Origin: Octopus vulgaris
Lineage: Eukaryota
NCBI GenBank assembly: GCA_951406725.2
Contig: OX597831.1
Location: 55,800,001 to 55,864,000 of the forward strand
Reading direction: 5' to 3'
Length of the DNA: 64,000 nt
Positions 25,828 to 38,539 of this stretch are shown piece by piece; the stretch's first letter is position 1, and the number at the start of each line of letters is the position of its first letter. The translations under genes and the position numbers were made by a program. The notes beneath the pieces are model-generated. The model saw only the letters and a list, made by a program, of their open reading frames with translations. It did no database searches and was not told the DNA's origin.

Positions 25828-26670
25828 TGTGTGTGTGTGTATGCGTGTCGTGCGTCTGCTATATTTCTTTATCAATATCGATAACGCAGCAATGCTGGGA
25901 TTTCATTGGTTAAAATTCGAAGATGTTGGGATTTCATTGGTTAAAATTCGTAAAATTAAATTACGTTTAAGCTACGAATTACAATTTTGTTTTCAATTTT
26001 GTTTAACAATAATGTTTTCTTTTGACACATTCTACCAGTATACGAAGTTTCAAATTGTTTAGTTAACTAGAAAATTCCGTCTATCAAACAGAAAAGATCC
26101 AAAATGACGCCTCCTTTTCCTAAAGGAGAGAGGCGGCACAATCTTAATGATAGACTCAGTCGATAACCGTACTCTTTCCGCATCTGACACCAGTTGTTCG
26201 ACATAAGTTATCAGTTCCCTTAATCCCTCACAATGTGCGAAGGCGTGTGTGACAGTTTCACTGACACGTCCGCACCTCAGGCACGTGGATGGGATACTGG
26301 CACTATGCCTTAACAACATCTCTCGAACTGGCAAGGCCGATCGGTAGCACAAACAGGCCAACGATTTCTGGAAGTTGTGCAGATACCTCGGCCCGAATGT
26401 TCTTCCGAACAGGATGGCAAGCTGTTCCTCATCGAAGTACTGATTTTGGCTTACGGAGTTCTTTTTATAACTATCCAAAACTATTCAGAAGGAGAGACAT
26501 ATTGTTGAGAGCAATGAAATCCGTTGGTGGTCTGTTCTAGCTTTTAATGGCCTAGAAAAGGTTAAAAGGGTCAAGTGGCAAAGACATTATTCTGCTTAAC
26601 GAAGGCATCTGGCAAATGTAACTGCTGTCACTCACAGAAAAAACTATTGTTTTACCGTGATAAAAGTGCT
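24730..26670 (-). mobile_element. L1/Tx1-like LINE ORF2 3' remnant split by a TIR element
   Basis: CYRSALPVREMLLRH...CLRCGRVSETVTHAFAHC (C-terminal CCHC finger). Reading continues FWICVVAILKETVW once 24998-26099 is removed. Confidence 0.8.
24994..26099. mobile_element. Non-autonomous DNA element with TIRs of about 175 bp at a GATC site
   Basis: gatcttttctgtttgatagacggaatt...ccaatgaaatc is mirrored at about 25925-26099. Confidence 0.88.
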
Positions 26671-26738
26671 GTTGAACTATTAAGTGAAATTTGGCTCTCG
26701 AGGATCGAATCCACGCCATGCCTGTATGAAACCACTAC

Positions 26739-26769
<31 letters not shown>

Positions 26770-27127
26770 GATGGATGGATGTATGTATGTATGCATATCT
26801 GTATGTTTTATGTATGTATGTATAAAAACTGTGCATTGTTGGAAAACATATAAAGTCTGCTTATAATCTTACTTCAAATTCATAGAACTCACTCCTAATA
26901 CTTCATAAGGATATTTACACTCTTTAGGATGTTTGGAAAACATATATGTGATTTAGCTGATGAATACTTGACATTATATTTGCTGTAATATTTGCAGCTT
27001 TAAATAAAATGTTCTTAGTATGAAACAATTGTACTAAACTACAGATCCATTCTTGTTACTTTTTCCTTGGTTATATATATATATATAGCAATAATAAATC
27101 TCTGAACGAGATGGTATATATATATAA

Positions 27128-27468
27128 TAAGGGTGATAAATCAGAGCTGAGACATTTGAAAATAACCCCAATGTGGAACTGTACACACGTGTAATTTTAT
27201 GAGGACAACTTATGTATAGTTCTGCAAATTATATTGAATTAAAATGGTCGTACTGAAGAGCCACAGACGTTGTTACGTAAGTAAAGTCGTTAATGGCGAA
27301 ATCGGTCAATGATTAATTCTTTATTTTGTATATTTTCATTTGTCTTACTCGCTTATGTTCTGATGTTTACTGACTTTTTCTAGAGAACATTCTTTTCTTT
27401 GTGGTTATATCGTAGGTGATCTATTTCTAACATATTGGATGTCCACTTAGTGGTCATCCCTACTTATA
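27128..27468 (+). mobile_element. TA-flanked element with hammerhead ribozyme
   Basis: CTGAAGA-gcca...tggc-GAAAT-cg-GTC at 27253-27307. Its 3' end cacttagtggtcatccct is shared with the 9091-9323 inverted repeat. Confidence 0.8.
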
Positions 27469-27536
27469 CGCATATATATATATATATATATATATGCATA
27501 TATATATATGTATATGTATATATATATATGTATATG

Positions 27537-27749
27537 TCATTCAAAATGTGACCGCGTGTGTACCGTTGGCGATTTTTTTCCTCTGTCTTTTCTTCTCTGG
27601 ATCTTTCCTTTTCCTATGTTTCCGACGAAGAGCTCCGCTCGAAACGTTAAACCCTCCTTCTTCCCTTCCTTCCTGAGCGTCCAATAATACTATATTTGTT
27701 CCACGTCCTCGCGTTGTTGTGTTTTCTCTTTGTGTTTTCATGTTTGGAT

Positions 27750-27755
<6 letters not shown>
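27537..27755 (+). mobile_element. TA-flanked HHR element
   Basis: gttt-CCGACGA-a-gagc-tcc-gctc-GAAAC-GTT-aaac at 27618-27652. Confidence 0.78.
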
Positions 27756-27786
<31 letters not shown>

Positions 27787-28201
27787 GAGGTGTGTCAATA
27801 AGTATGAGTGTGCACCTGACAGTTTGTTTCTCATTTTTACATTTAGTTTCGATGTAAACGTAATCGTAGAAAATTTCCTTAAAAATATCTATTTTTCTGA
27901 AAGTCATAGAGAAACGGAAGTGAATAAATATGTATAACAACAGACACTAGGAAAACATGAACAAAAAAAAGCAAACCACTGAAAATATTGGGGGGGGGCT
28001 GCCTCCCGAAGCGCAAACATGCGCGAATTGGACTAACTATGAATCAGTAACAATTCGATATAATAGTTAAATGGATGACAAAAATTTGAGAAACTGTTAT
28101 AGTGTAGATCATCGAAATATTTGTGTCTCATCATCTTTACCTCTATCAATGTTGATGAATTTTCAGTCATCAAATCCTGTTAAAAATTCACCACATATGC
28201 A

Positions 28202-28584
28202 TGGAAGCACTCCGTCGGTTACGACGACGAGGGTTCCGGTTGATCCGATCAACGGAACAGCCTGTTCGTGAAATTAACGTGTAAGTGGCTGAGCACTCCA
28301 CAGACACGTGTACCCTTAACGTAGTTCTCGGGGATATTCAGCGTGACACAGAGAGTGACAAGGCTGGCCCTTTGAAATACAGGTACAACAGAAAGAGGAA
28401 GTAAGAGTGAGAGAAAGTTGTGGTGAAAGTGTACAGCAGGGATCACCACCATCCCTGCCGGAGCCTCATGGAGCTTTAGGTGTTTTCGCTCAATAAACAC
28501 TCACAACGCCCGGTTTGGGAATCGAAACCGCGATCCTACGACCGCGAGTCCGCTGCCCTAACCACTGGGCCATTGCGCCTCCAC
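28202..28584 (-). mobile_element. SINE family C with 11 bp TSD
   Basis: TSD tcaccacatat at 28188-28198 and 28585-28595. Confidence 0.92.
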
Positions 28585-29043
28585 TCACCACATATAACTA
28601 ACTACAGTCGTAACCAAGAATGATAGAGGTAATTTGCCATTCATCCGCTTCGCTTTACAGTATAGCGAACGTACGCACCATCTCTATGAACAACCCAGTT
28701 CGTGTACGTGTTATATGGACTATGTTTATGTTTAAATAGAAAATATTTTACTCACACGATTGTGTGTATACAGATATGTAGAGGTTTAATTAAGAAGCGT
28801 AAATATTTCACTAGAATAGGTTTGATGGCATGTGTGTATTATGTATACAGTTGTTTGTAAATAACTCTGAGTATCAGGATATTCTGTATACAAGTCCTCG
28901 CATCAGAGTCAACAAAGATCAACAGATAAATGTTACCGTTCGTGTAATTCGGATACTCTCTTCAACAGACATGAGCTCTCGTATTTCTGTTAGCTGCATA
29001 ATTTAAGAATCACTCACTCTCTCTTCTTTTCCGTCTCACTCTC

Positions 29044-29106
<63 letters not shown>

Positions 29107-29274
29107 TCACACACACACACACACGCACACACACACACTCTCCTCCTCTCTCTCTCACAGGTAGCTACTAGTTATACTTACTACCTGCTGTTTTACCATA
29201 TTTGTTTACGTTTTATATATGTATGTTAAGATACATACATACTTACATACATACATACATACATAAACCAGACT

Positions 29275-29550
29275 AGTAACATCTCCATCAATGATTTGAT
29301 TGTTTCCCTCATATCTGACGAGAAATGTTACAGGTATCTTGGGTGGATGAAAACATATCTTAGAATGGTACCTATAACAAAACACGTGTCACTAAAGAAT
29401 ATTACAGCCGAATAAAGAAAATTTGGACCTCAGAACTCTCTGCATTCGATAAAACAGTGGCCCACAACGTGTTTGCAGTGCCAGTACTCATACCAACATT
29501 TGGGCTGCTTGATTGGACGCTTGATGAAACCCGAGCCATTGATGTGACAC
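29275..29550 (+). mobile_element. R4/Dong-like non-LTR RT remnant
   Basis: YRYLG...KEYYSRIKKIWTSELSAFDKTVAHNVFAVPVLIPTFGLLDWT. Confidence 0.75.
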
Positions 29551-29780
29551 ATATTAAGCATTTTACTTGTGCGATGGTGGGTAAAATTATGTAGATCACG
29601 GTTCTAGAATGTATGAGTATTTACGACTGCAAAGCCCATGGAGAAGAAAGTTGACGCAAGTATATCTTCCTCCTTAATACCACTGTTCACACAGCATCAT
29701 TTGAGCTGAAGTAGGCCTTCATACCAGTGTGTAGTTGAACAAATATGAACAAAATTCATGTTCTAACCCTCAGGATTCTG

Positions 29781-30280
29781 TACATGGGAAAGACTCAAGA
29801 GATTAAGACTCTATTCCTTAGAGCGTAGGCGAGAAAAATATGCCATAATATACATCTGGAAGATCTGGAAGGACTTGTCCCAAACTTTGGCACCCAGAGT
29901 TACACAAATACTAGAACTGGGCTCCACTGCATAGAGCCAAGGACTCCAAATTTGCAATTAAGATGTAGGACAAGATACTGCGATAGCCTGGGCTTCAGAG
30001 GTCCACAGCTCTTCAATATCTTCCCGAAGGACCCGAGAGACCTGCATGGGGTGGATGCAGATGTCTTTAAAATAAAGCTGGACCTCTTCCTGTCAGGTGT
30101 CCAAGATGAACCAACTTCACGGCAGGATGTGCAGATGAGGGCAGCTGCATCAAACTCTCTCATGCACCAAATGTCAATTGCTAAAAAGCATTCGTGAAGT
30201 AAAATCATGTAGCAACATCGAATGGCGGTGCCCCAGCATGGCCACAGCTCGTGAGCTGAAACTAGTTGAAATGAAATGAA
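29781..30280 (+). mobile_element. CR1-group LINE 3' end (ORF2 C-terminus, 3'UTR and (TGAAA)n tail)
   Basis: WERLKRLRLYSLERRREKYAIIYIWKI...GPQLFNIFPK...FKIKLDLFLSGVQDEP. The 3'UTR contains ggcggtgccccagcatggcc. Confidence 0.85.
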
Positions 30281-30289
30281 AAAAAATGT

Positions 30290-30770
30290 AATTCTATTCT
30301 TCGCATCAAAACCTTTCGTTAGGTCACCAAATGATTGACGAAAAGGGAATTTTTGCTGTATGCATTTCTCTTGCAACTGTCTAAAGCTAACGATCATATT
30401 TGTGGCGACACTTCCAGATCTGAATCCACAGTGAAACTCTGAGACACTGATGGAACATATACGTTTCTGCAAACGCTTCAGTAAAGTCTAGCGAACATCT
30501 TACCAACAGTTACAAGTTAAGGAATGCTACGAAAGCTACCGAAGTTTGACTATACACATTTTGCTTTGTATATCGAAATCAATATTGCATTACTCTAATT
30601 CTGTAGAACTGGCGAACAATTCCATACGTTAGCAATCAATCTAGTCATATGATCAGCCATTACACTTTCACCACCATGCTAAATAATTTCAGGTGGTGTA
30701 CAATCAAATCCTGGAGACTTTCTTGAGTTTATATATTTAACCCTTTGCCTTCCTGTGCATGACGGGTGGT
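30290..30770 (-). mobile_element. RTE-clade LINE RT remnant
   Basis: CGFRSG...MIVSFRQLQEKCIQQ...FGDLTKGFD. Confidence 0.8.
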
Positions 30771-30855
30771 ACACTGAACATATTTCTCTGGCGTTTGTGC
30801 ATCATATATGATTACATATTCCCAAAATTTGAAACCAATATCTATATGCAATACC

Positions 30856-31077
30856 TATTTCTTTACTACCCACAAGGGGCTAAACACAGAGAGGACAGAC
30901 AGACGGATTAAGTCGATTATATCGACCCCGGTGCGTAACTGGTACTTAATTTATCGACCCCGAAAGGATGAAAGGCAAAGTCGGCCTCAGCGGAATTTGA
31001 GCTCAGAACGTAGCTGCAGACGAAATACGGCTACGCATTTCGCCCGGCGTGCTGACGTTTCTGCCAGCTCGCCGCCT
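30856..31077 (-). mobile_element. SINE family B with 15 bp TSD
   Basis: TSD tctatatgcaatacc at 30841-30855 and 31078-31092. Confidence 0.92.
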
Positions 31078-31476
31078 TCTATATGCAATACCACCTACAC
31101 GTCTCAGCTGTTTATTGTTTTGGAATCGTTTTTGTCGGAAGTCAATGGAATATTTCTGAATATGCTCAATCACCATGGTCGTCACTGTTCTTCACAATCC
31201 TCAGTCTCCTCCATTATGCCGATTTACGAACAATTCTTCTGTTTTAAAACGCTTCTTTCCAGATAAATTAGAATCAAGTAATCCCGTCCGTACAAAACTT
31301 AAACTTTTCATATCAGAGCTATACGAACAATATTGCTAATTAATCATGAGCTCACTTTTTAAATAGCTCTCACTACCAGCTCTCTCAACAGCTTCCGTTC
31401 TTTGGTCGATATTATATTGGTGAACGGTGCACACACACGCGCTCACACAAGCGCACACACATGTATATATATATGT

Positions 31477-31636
31477 CGCAGGAGTGGCTGTGTGGTAAGA
31501 AGCTTGCTTCCCAACAACATGGTTCCAGGTTCAGTTCCACTGCATAGCACCTTGGTCAGGTGTCTTCTACTATAGCCTCGAGCCGACCAAAGCCTTGTGA
31601 GTGGATTCGGTAGACGGAAACTGAAAGAAGCCCGTC

Positions 31637-31680
<44 letters not shown>

Positions 31681-31870
31681 GTGTCTGCATTTGTCCCACC
31701 ACCACCATCACTTGACAACTGATGTTGGTGTGTTTAAGTCCCCGTAACTTAGCGGTTTAGCAAAGAGACCGCTGGAATAAGGACTAGGCTTACAAAGAAT
31801 AAGTCCTTGGATCGATTTATTCGACTAAAAGGCGGTGCTCCAGCATGGCTGCAATCAAATGACTAAACAA
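31477..31870 (+). mobile_element. SINE family A
   Basis: Consensus match. Confidence 0.9.
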
Positions 31871-31937
31871 TAATATATATATATATATATGTAATTTTGT
31901 ATTTGTTTACGCACATACACGTCTCTCCCTCTCTCTT

Positions 31938-31972
<35 letters not shown>

Positions 31973-31985
31973 ATGTATATATATG

Positions 31986-32045
<60 letters not shown>

Positions 32046-32384
32046 TGTATGTATGTATGTGTGTGTGTGTGTGTGATTTTGGATTTGCTTTGCAAGATCT
32101 TTGATGTAAAACTGTGGATTGAAACAGATACTGTAATATATTGGGAAGTTTTATTCTGCCAATAAAAACAGTCACACATTCTTGGCAGCAAAAATAGAGC
32201 ATAGTAAAATGCAAATAGCAAAGACAAGAAAGAAAATCAGTTGCAGAAATGGATGTCAGTTGATAAGGTCACAGATATAGACAAGATGAAAATATCTTTC
32301 ATAAACGGCTAACAAAAAAATCCAGATTAATCAATAATTGAATGATTCGTTAAAGACAAAGAAATGAACTATAAATTATCCATG

Positions 32385-32613
32385 TGGAAGCACTCCATCG
32401 GTTACGACGACGAGGGTTCCGGTTGATCCGAATCAACGGAACAGCCTGCTCGTGAAATTAACGTGTAAGTGGCTGAGCACTCCACAGACACGTGTACCCT
32501 TAACGTAGTTCTCGGGGATATTCAGGGTGACACAGAGAGTGACAAGGCCGGCCCTTTGAAATACAGGTACAACAGAAAGAGGAAGTAAGAGTGAGAGAAA
32601 GTTGTGGTGAAAG
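32385..32613 (-). mobile_element. SINE family C, 3' part
   Basis: Consensus match. Confidence 0.9.
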
Positions 32614-33330
32614 AACACACACATACACACACTAGCACATACACATATTAATCAAAGTGTTCTGTATTATTATATATATCTATTACGATATATTATATAT
32701 ATCTATATATTATATATATCTATTACGACCGATCATACTAATCAGTTTCACATTTCGTATTAAACTGGATGTTGGATAACAGTATCGTTACGTCATACTG
32801 CATGTTCGTTACAGCTGGCAGATGCGAGAGAATATGGTGGCTACGGTTTTTAGGCACGGCAAAAAGATGAAATGAACTGAAGAAGGCTTAGGTCAACAAG
32901 AATTTTCCACGATTGTGTTAAGGGGTTAAGAGTTGGTATTCGTGTTGGGTTGGAATGTGTGTAGGGTTATAATATATGCAGAGTTTTTTTTTAGTGCTAG
33001 GGTACTGGTCGGACACCGGAAAGCTTAAGCCGATGTGTTTGTGTATGTTTTGGTTAAACTATTTGCCGGGTTCTTGGGATACGGTGGTGAATGAACTGAA
33101 GACGAAGAACTACTGGTTATAATCATGATGGGGCTCATAGGTACGATAAAATATTGCCCCTTTCATGTGGGCAAGGGTTAAAAATATCACAGTGAAAACA
33201 GTATCAATAAAAACAGATTTAATGTCCTTCTTTTTTTATATAGCATGACTGTATGGTTAAGAAACTCCCTTTTCAACCACATGATTTTGGGCTCACTCCT
33301 AGTAAGTGGCACCTTGGGCAAGTGTCTTCT

Positions 33331-33935
33331 TATTTCTTATTTCTTATTTCTCTATTGCCCGCAAGGGGCTAAACATAGAGGGGACAAACAAGAACAAACA
33401 AAAGGATTAAGTCGATTATCGACCCCAGTGCGTAACTGGTACTTAATTTATCGACCCCGAAAGGATGAACGGCAAAGTGGACCTCGGCGGAATTTGAACT
33501 CAGAACCTAGCGGCAGACGAAATACCTATTTCTTTACTACCCACAGGGGGCTAAACACAGAGAGGACAAACGAGGACAGACCAGCGGATTAAGTCGATTA
33601 TATCGACCCCAGTGTGTAACTAGTACTTATTTAATCGACCCCGAAAGGATGAAAGGCAAAGTCGACATCGGCGGAATTTGAACTCAGAACGTAGCGGCAG
33701 ACGAAATACCTATTTCTTTATTACCCACAAGGGGCTAAACACAGAGGGGACAAACAAGGACAGACATAGGTATTAAGTCGATTACATCGACCCCAATGCG
33801 TAACTGGTACTTAATTTATCGATCCCGAAAGGATGAAAGGCAAAGTCGACCTCGGCGGAATTTGAACTCGGAACGTAACGACAGACGAAATACGGCTACG
33901 CATTTTGCCTGGCGTGCTACCGTTTCTGCCAGATC
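33331..33935 (-). mobile_element. Head-to-tail trimer of SINE family B, inserted in a family A SINE
   Basis: Three units with a period of about 184 bp. TSD gcaagtgtcttct at 33318-33330 and 33936-33948. Confidence 0.9.
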
Positions 33936-34017
33936 GCAAGTGTCTTCTGCTATAGTCCTGGGCCTACAAATACCTTGTGAGTGAATATAGCAGGCAAGAA
34001 CTTTAAGGAAGCTTGTC

Positions 34018-34063
<46 letters not shown>

Positions 34064-34154
34064 GAATACCAACGTCCCAATATGGCAGGCGTGATAACTG
34101 CTGAGAATTCCTGGCATGAAACCACAGTGGTATGTTTTTATTTAAAATTGGCGC

Positions 34155-34200
<46 letters not shown>

Positions 34201-34304
34201 CAATTAAGGATAACTTCTTAATAAGGAATCTCAACAAGAAATTATCAGGTAGATAGCGTGAAAAACCTCATAAGAGAAAAAATTCGAAAATAATTTTGTG
34301 TATG

Positions 34305-34336
<32 letters not shown>

Positions 34337-34349
34337 TGTATGTATGTAT

Positions 34350-34553
34350 GAATCGCTAGCTTCTGCACGCATTTTTTTTTCTCTCCTTGTTTCTCTCCGT
34401 GTTTCTTTTCTGTGTATCTTTGTGTTGAAGAGCGTAGGCTCGAAACGTAAAAGACTTGTTTTATTTCTATTCCTGAGCGCCATACTAATACAATTGTTTG
34501 TTTGTACTCCACCTGCCTTCGTCTTTTGTTTATTTTCATAAAGCTTCCCGTTA
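34350..34553 (+). mobile_element. Microsatellite-flanked element with variant HHR, same family as 53376-53578
   Basis: tcttt-GTGTTGA-a-gagc-gtag-gctc-GAAAC-GTA-aaaga at 34417-34454. Confidence 0.7.
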
Positions 34554-34640
34554 TGTATGTATGTATGTATGTATGTATGTATGTAGAGATATATGAATCC
34601 AGAGGAATAGCACACTCTAAGATGTACAACAGTTAATATT

Positions 34641-35234
34641 ATAATGGGGGAGGCCGGTTTTGGGGGTCACCAAAAGACCACGAAGGTAAACAGTTGTCTC
34701 CCTTCGGCCTTGGCTATTGGCTTCCGGCTGTAGTGTCGCATTGCGAATTCCGAAAGGCCAGCAGGAATCTTCTAAAATGCAAGCATAAACCGAAAATCTC
34801 CATTCTGGAGTTCAGGATGCTCCCTGGCACGAGCGAGTCTTTTAGATTCTCGTACGATCGGCAATGCATAACTTGCAACGTTTCGTCCCGTTGATATAGG
34901 GGCCTGGGTTCTCGAGTATTCTCCATGCGATCGAGTATGGTATCCCTTCGTCTCTTAGTTGCCAGATATGGCTGGCCAGCGATGTCACGTATCTTCTTTC
35001 CGGGATCTTCGTGGTCCTTTGGTGACCGCTAGATGGCGGCGCAGCCGAAGCTCGATGGCCAAGGGCAAAAGGAGATAATCACCTAGTGTTTACCTTTATA
35101 GTGAGGCATTTCCCCTTCCATGTTTTGAAGAGGTCTTAGGCCAACAGTGTTTGGGGTCTGAAGATACACCATAAGGCTAAACCTTTTATGAGCGAGAAAA
35201 CCAGGGTAACCCCATAAACCGGCCTCCCCATTAT
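34641..35234. mobile_element. GC-rich non-autonomous DNA element with TIRs of about 30 bp
   Basis: ataatgggggaggccggttttgggggtcacc ... ggtaaccccataaaccggcctccccattat. Confidence 0.8.
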
Positions 35235-35243
35235 CTATCTATC

Positions 35244-35283
<40 letters not shown>

Positions 35284-35292
35284 GTCTATCTA

Positions 35293-35343
<51 letters not shown>

Positions 35344-35602
35344 GAAGCCTCTCGTGTATATATGTATGTGTGTCTTTGTTTTTGTCCCTCCCCCACATCA
35401 CTTGTTTTTTTATGCCCCGTAACTTAGCGATTAGACCAAAGAGATAGATGCAATAAGTTAAGTACCAGACTTAAAAATAAGCACTGGGGTCAATTTGTTC
35501 GACTAAACCCTTCAAGGCGGTGCCCCAGCTTGTCCACATGACCACGACTGAAACAAGTAAAAGGAGATATTAAATCATAATATATAAATTGCTATATTGA
35601 TG

Positions 35603-35824
35603 TACGAGGGGCGCTGAAAAGTTTCTGACTTTGAGTAAAAGAAAATACAGGAGGATCAGTTAATTATGATTTTATTCAACATATTCCCCTCTCATAATCA
35701 CACACTTATTGCAGTGGTCCTTCTGTTTTTCTAAGCCCTGTAAAAAAAAACTCAGAAGGTTGGGCCCTCATCCAGGCCTTTCGCAATACTCTTAAAGCCA
35801 GGAACTTTTCAGCATCCCCTCGTA
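35603..35824. mobile_element. mariner-type MITE
   Basis: TA-cgaggggcgctgaaaagtt...aacttttcagcatcccctcg-TA. A second, inverted copy lies at 51024-51236. Confidence 0.88.
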
Positions 35825-36693
35825 TTTTAGACAAGACGTGTATGGCGCATTAGAAGTCATGCGTGACAGAAATGACGCATAGAATGTAAAGTAGTGGTCT
35901 TCACTGATCAAGAATTTTTGTTATTTTTTTAAATCTTTTTTTTTTTTTGTGTGTGTGTGTATGTGAGCGGTTGTTAATAATTTAAGAAACCTCAATTACG
36001 ATGACTCAGATGAAAAATTTCAGCTAAGAAAACCACAGTAGTAGCAGTGAAGTGTTCATCGAAATGTTTCCAAGTAAGCCAAATAATTCTCGTTTCTGTT
36101 TATCCGTCCTAGCAAACAGCGGGGGTGCTGTGGTAATTTGTTACTCATCTGCTTTTCTTTACAGAAAGCGAACTTAGGTATCATCCTTATGAGCACGCCA
36201 GTTCGTGTATGTGTTACTTTAACTATGTTTATGTGAAAAATACATAAACATATAAATATTTTGCAAACACGATTTTGATTCAGAATTGTAAATATTTCAC
36301 TAAAAGATGTCCGTGATTGATGGCATATGTGTGTTATGTATCCAAATGTTTGTAAATAACTCAGAGTATCAGGATATTCTATACAAGAATACTAACTTCA
36401 GAGTCAACATAGATCGTGTAATTCGAACAGTTTTCGTCAATAGACACGAGCTCCCATGTTTCTGTTACCTGTATACTTTAAGAATCTCCCACTCTCTGTA
36501 TTCCTCTCTTTTCCTTGCGTTCCTCTCGCCACCCCCACCACCACACAGGTAGCAACCAGTTATACTTTGCTTTTACTATATTTGTTCGACGCCATACGTA
36601 CATTAATGCACACACAGGCACGCACAAACTGTATATATGTAAGTTTATATGCATATAAATGTAAATATGTATATATGTACGTGTATATATACA

Positions 36694-36747
<54 letters not shown>

Positions 36748-36750
<3 letters not shown>

Positions 36751-37231
36751 AAGGCTAAAATTTTTTCGAAAAAAATATTCTTTTCCAAAAAAAAAAAATT
36801 TCATCAATAGCCAGCATATAAAAAATACCTTTAAAGGTTAAATCTATAAACAATTCATAATTAAGGGCAAACGAAAAAATTTCTAATGCCAGATATGCCG
36901 AAAAATTGGACATATTGTCCATTAACCATATAATTTTTTCACAATATGCACGCTACTCGAAAAAAGGTCGACAGAAATTTCTAAAACATGGGTATGAGTA
37001 AGTATCTCATTTATTTCTTTTTGCCACATATATCACTGACGAAGGGAGGCCTGTTATAAGCTAACCCTGAAATCGGTCCGATATGGTAATAATGGAATGT
37101 TTTAGAAATTTCTGTCGACCTTTTTTCGAGTAGCGTGCATATTGTGAAAAAATTATATGGTAAATGGACAATATGTCCAATTTTTCGGCATATCTGGCAT
37201 TAGAAATTTTTTCGTTTGCCCTTAATTATGA

Positions 37232-37234
<3 letters not shown>
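36748..37234. mobile_element. TA-flanked inverted repeat (arms 138 bp) with HHR in the loop and a one-sided tail of about 100 bp
   Basis: 36852-36989 mirrors 37097-37234. CTGACGA-aggg...ccct-GAAAT-cg-GTC at 37036-37078. Confidence 0.88.
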
Positions 37235-37296
<62 letters not shown>

Positions 37297-38539
37297 AATG
37301 TTATAGTTTTTATTGAAACTGGAGCCGAGAGTTTGTCTCATGACTTGAGTTTCACGCCACTGCGATCTTCAGACCAGAACTGTTACAACCGGTGCATTTG
37401 TATCTTGTGGTGCGAGTGTGTGTGTGTGTGTGTATGTATGTGTGAGTGCGCGCGCGCGCATGTGTGTGTGTGTGTTGGGGCTTGTGTTTGTCTTTGATCA
37501 TTAGTTAACTGCTTATTGATTGGGTGGTGATTTTCTAACTTCTCCATTAGTTATTTGAATTATTTGTGCGTGTGTGTGATGAAGCGTTTGCATTTCTAGG
37601 AATTAGGAGGATGTATTATTAATTTGTCGGTGAGTTGGGGATGTTTGTGTGTGTGTGTGGGAGTGTGCGCGTTAGGTTTTTAAATGAATGTTGTTTATGA
37701 ATGGGTTATTTGAAAAATATTATTAAGGGCATATCTGTTGTGAGTAGCTGTATCCATAACAAATGGGGCCTTACACAGTTGAGTGATCTGAGGGGATTGT
37801 TTTGTGAGTAAAAAATGTTTGGAAAAGATTTTTGTGTGTATAAGTGTAAATGTGTGTGTGAGCGAGAGAGTATGGGTATGTGAGTGTGAGCAAGGGAGTA
37901 TGTGTATGTGCGCGCGCGTTTGTGTCAGTTCGTATTTCTTTAGAATTTTATCTACATTGTATGTTTGACCTTTGCTCAAGCGTTGGTATGCTTTTGCGTA
38001 AATCTACAATGGCTGTTTGTTATTCTTGCCAGTGACCATAAAAATAAATAAAAATATGTCTGGAAAGAAGGAAGTGGCGAGTTTCTTTATGAATGCTTAT
38101 TAGTGGGGTTAGCTGTAAAATTAAGGATATATCTATTGTGGATGGATATCTTTTTAATGAATGGTGTTTTTATGCTTTTCATCTATTTTTTTCGCTGTGA
38201 TGAATAAACATGTTATTTACATGTGCGTGAGAAAAGAGAGAGAGAGAGAGAGAGAGAGAAGAGAGAAAGGGAGAAAAAAGAGAGAAAGTATGTTCGTGCG
38301 TGCGTTTGGTGTGGCTGTATTGGAATTTTGTTTTCTTCTTTTGAGGGAATATTTGTGCGTGTCTGTGCGTAAGTGCATTGTAGGTGAAAGGTCTGATAGT
38401 ATATTGCCGTCTTGTCTGTTCTTTGGCATGCATAAATGTGTGTGTGTGTGTGTATACATACGCATGCGCATATGAGTGAACTGATAAGTAGTTTGAATTA
38501 TATTTGTGTATGACGGTACCTCGTTGGGCTTTTATATCG

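Noticed and set aside
32870-33110. Two atgaaCTGAAGA motifs as hammerheads
   Set aside because: No paired stem II followed by GAAA.
33331-33935. Regularly spaced repeats suggesting a CRISPR array
   Set aside because: Eukaryotic context, whole 184 bp units are repeated with no unique spacers, and no cas genes are present.
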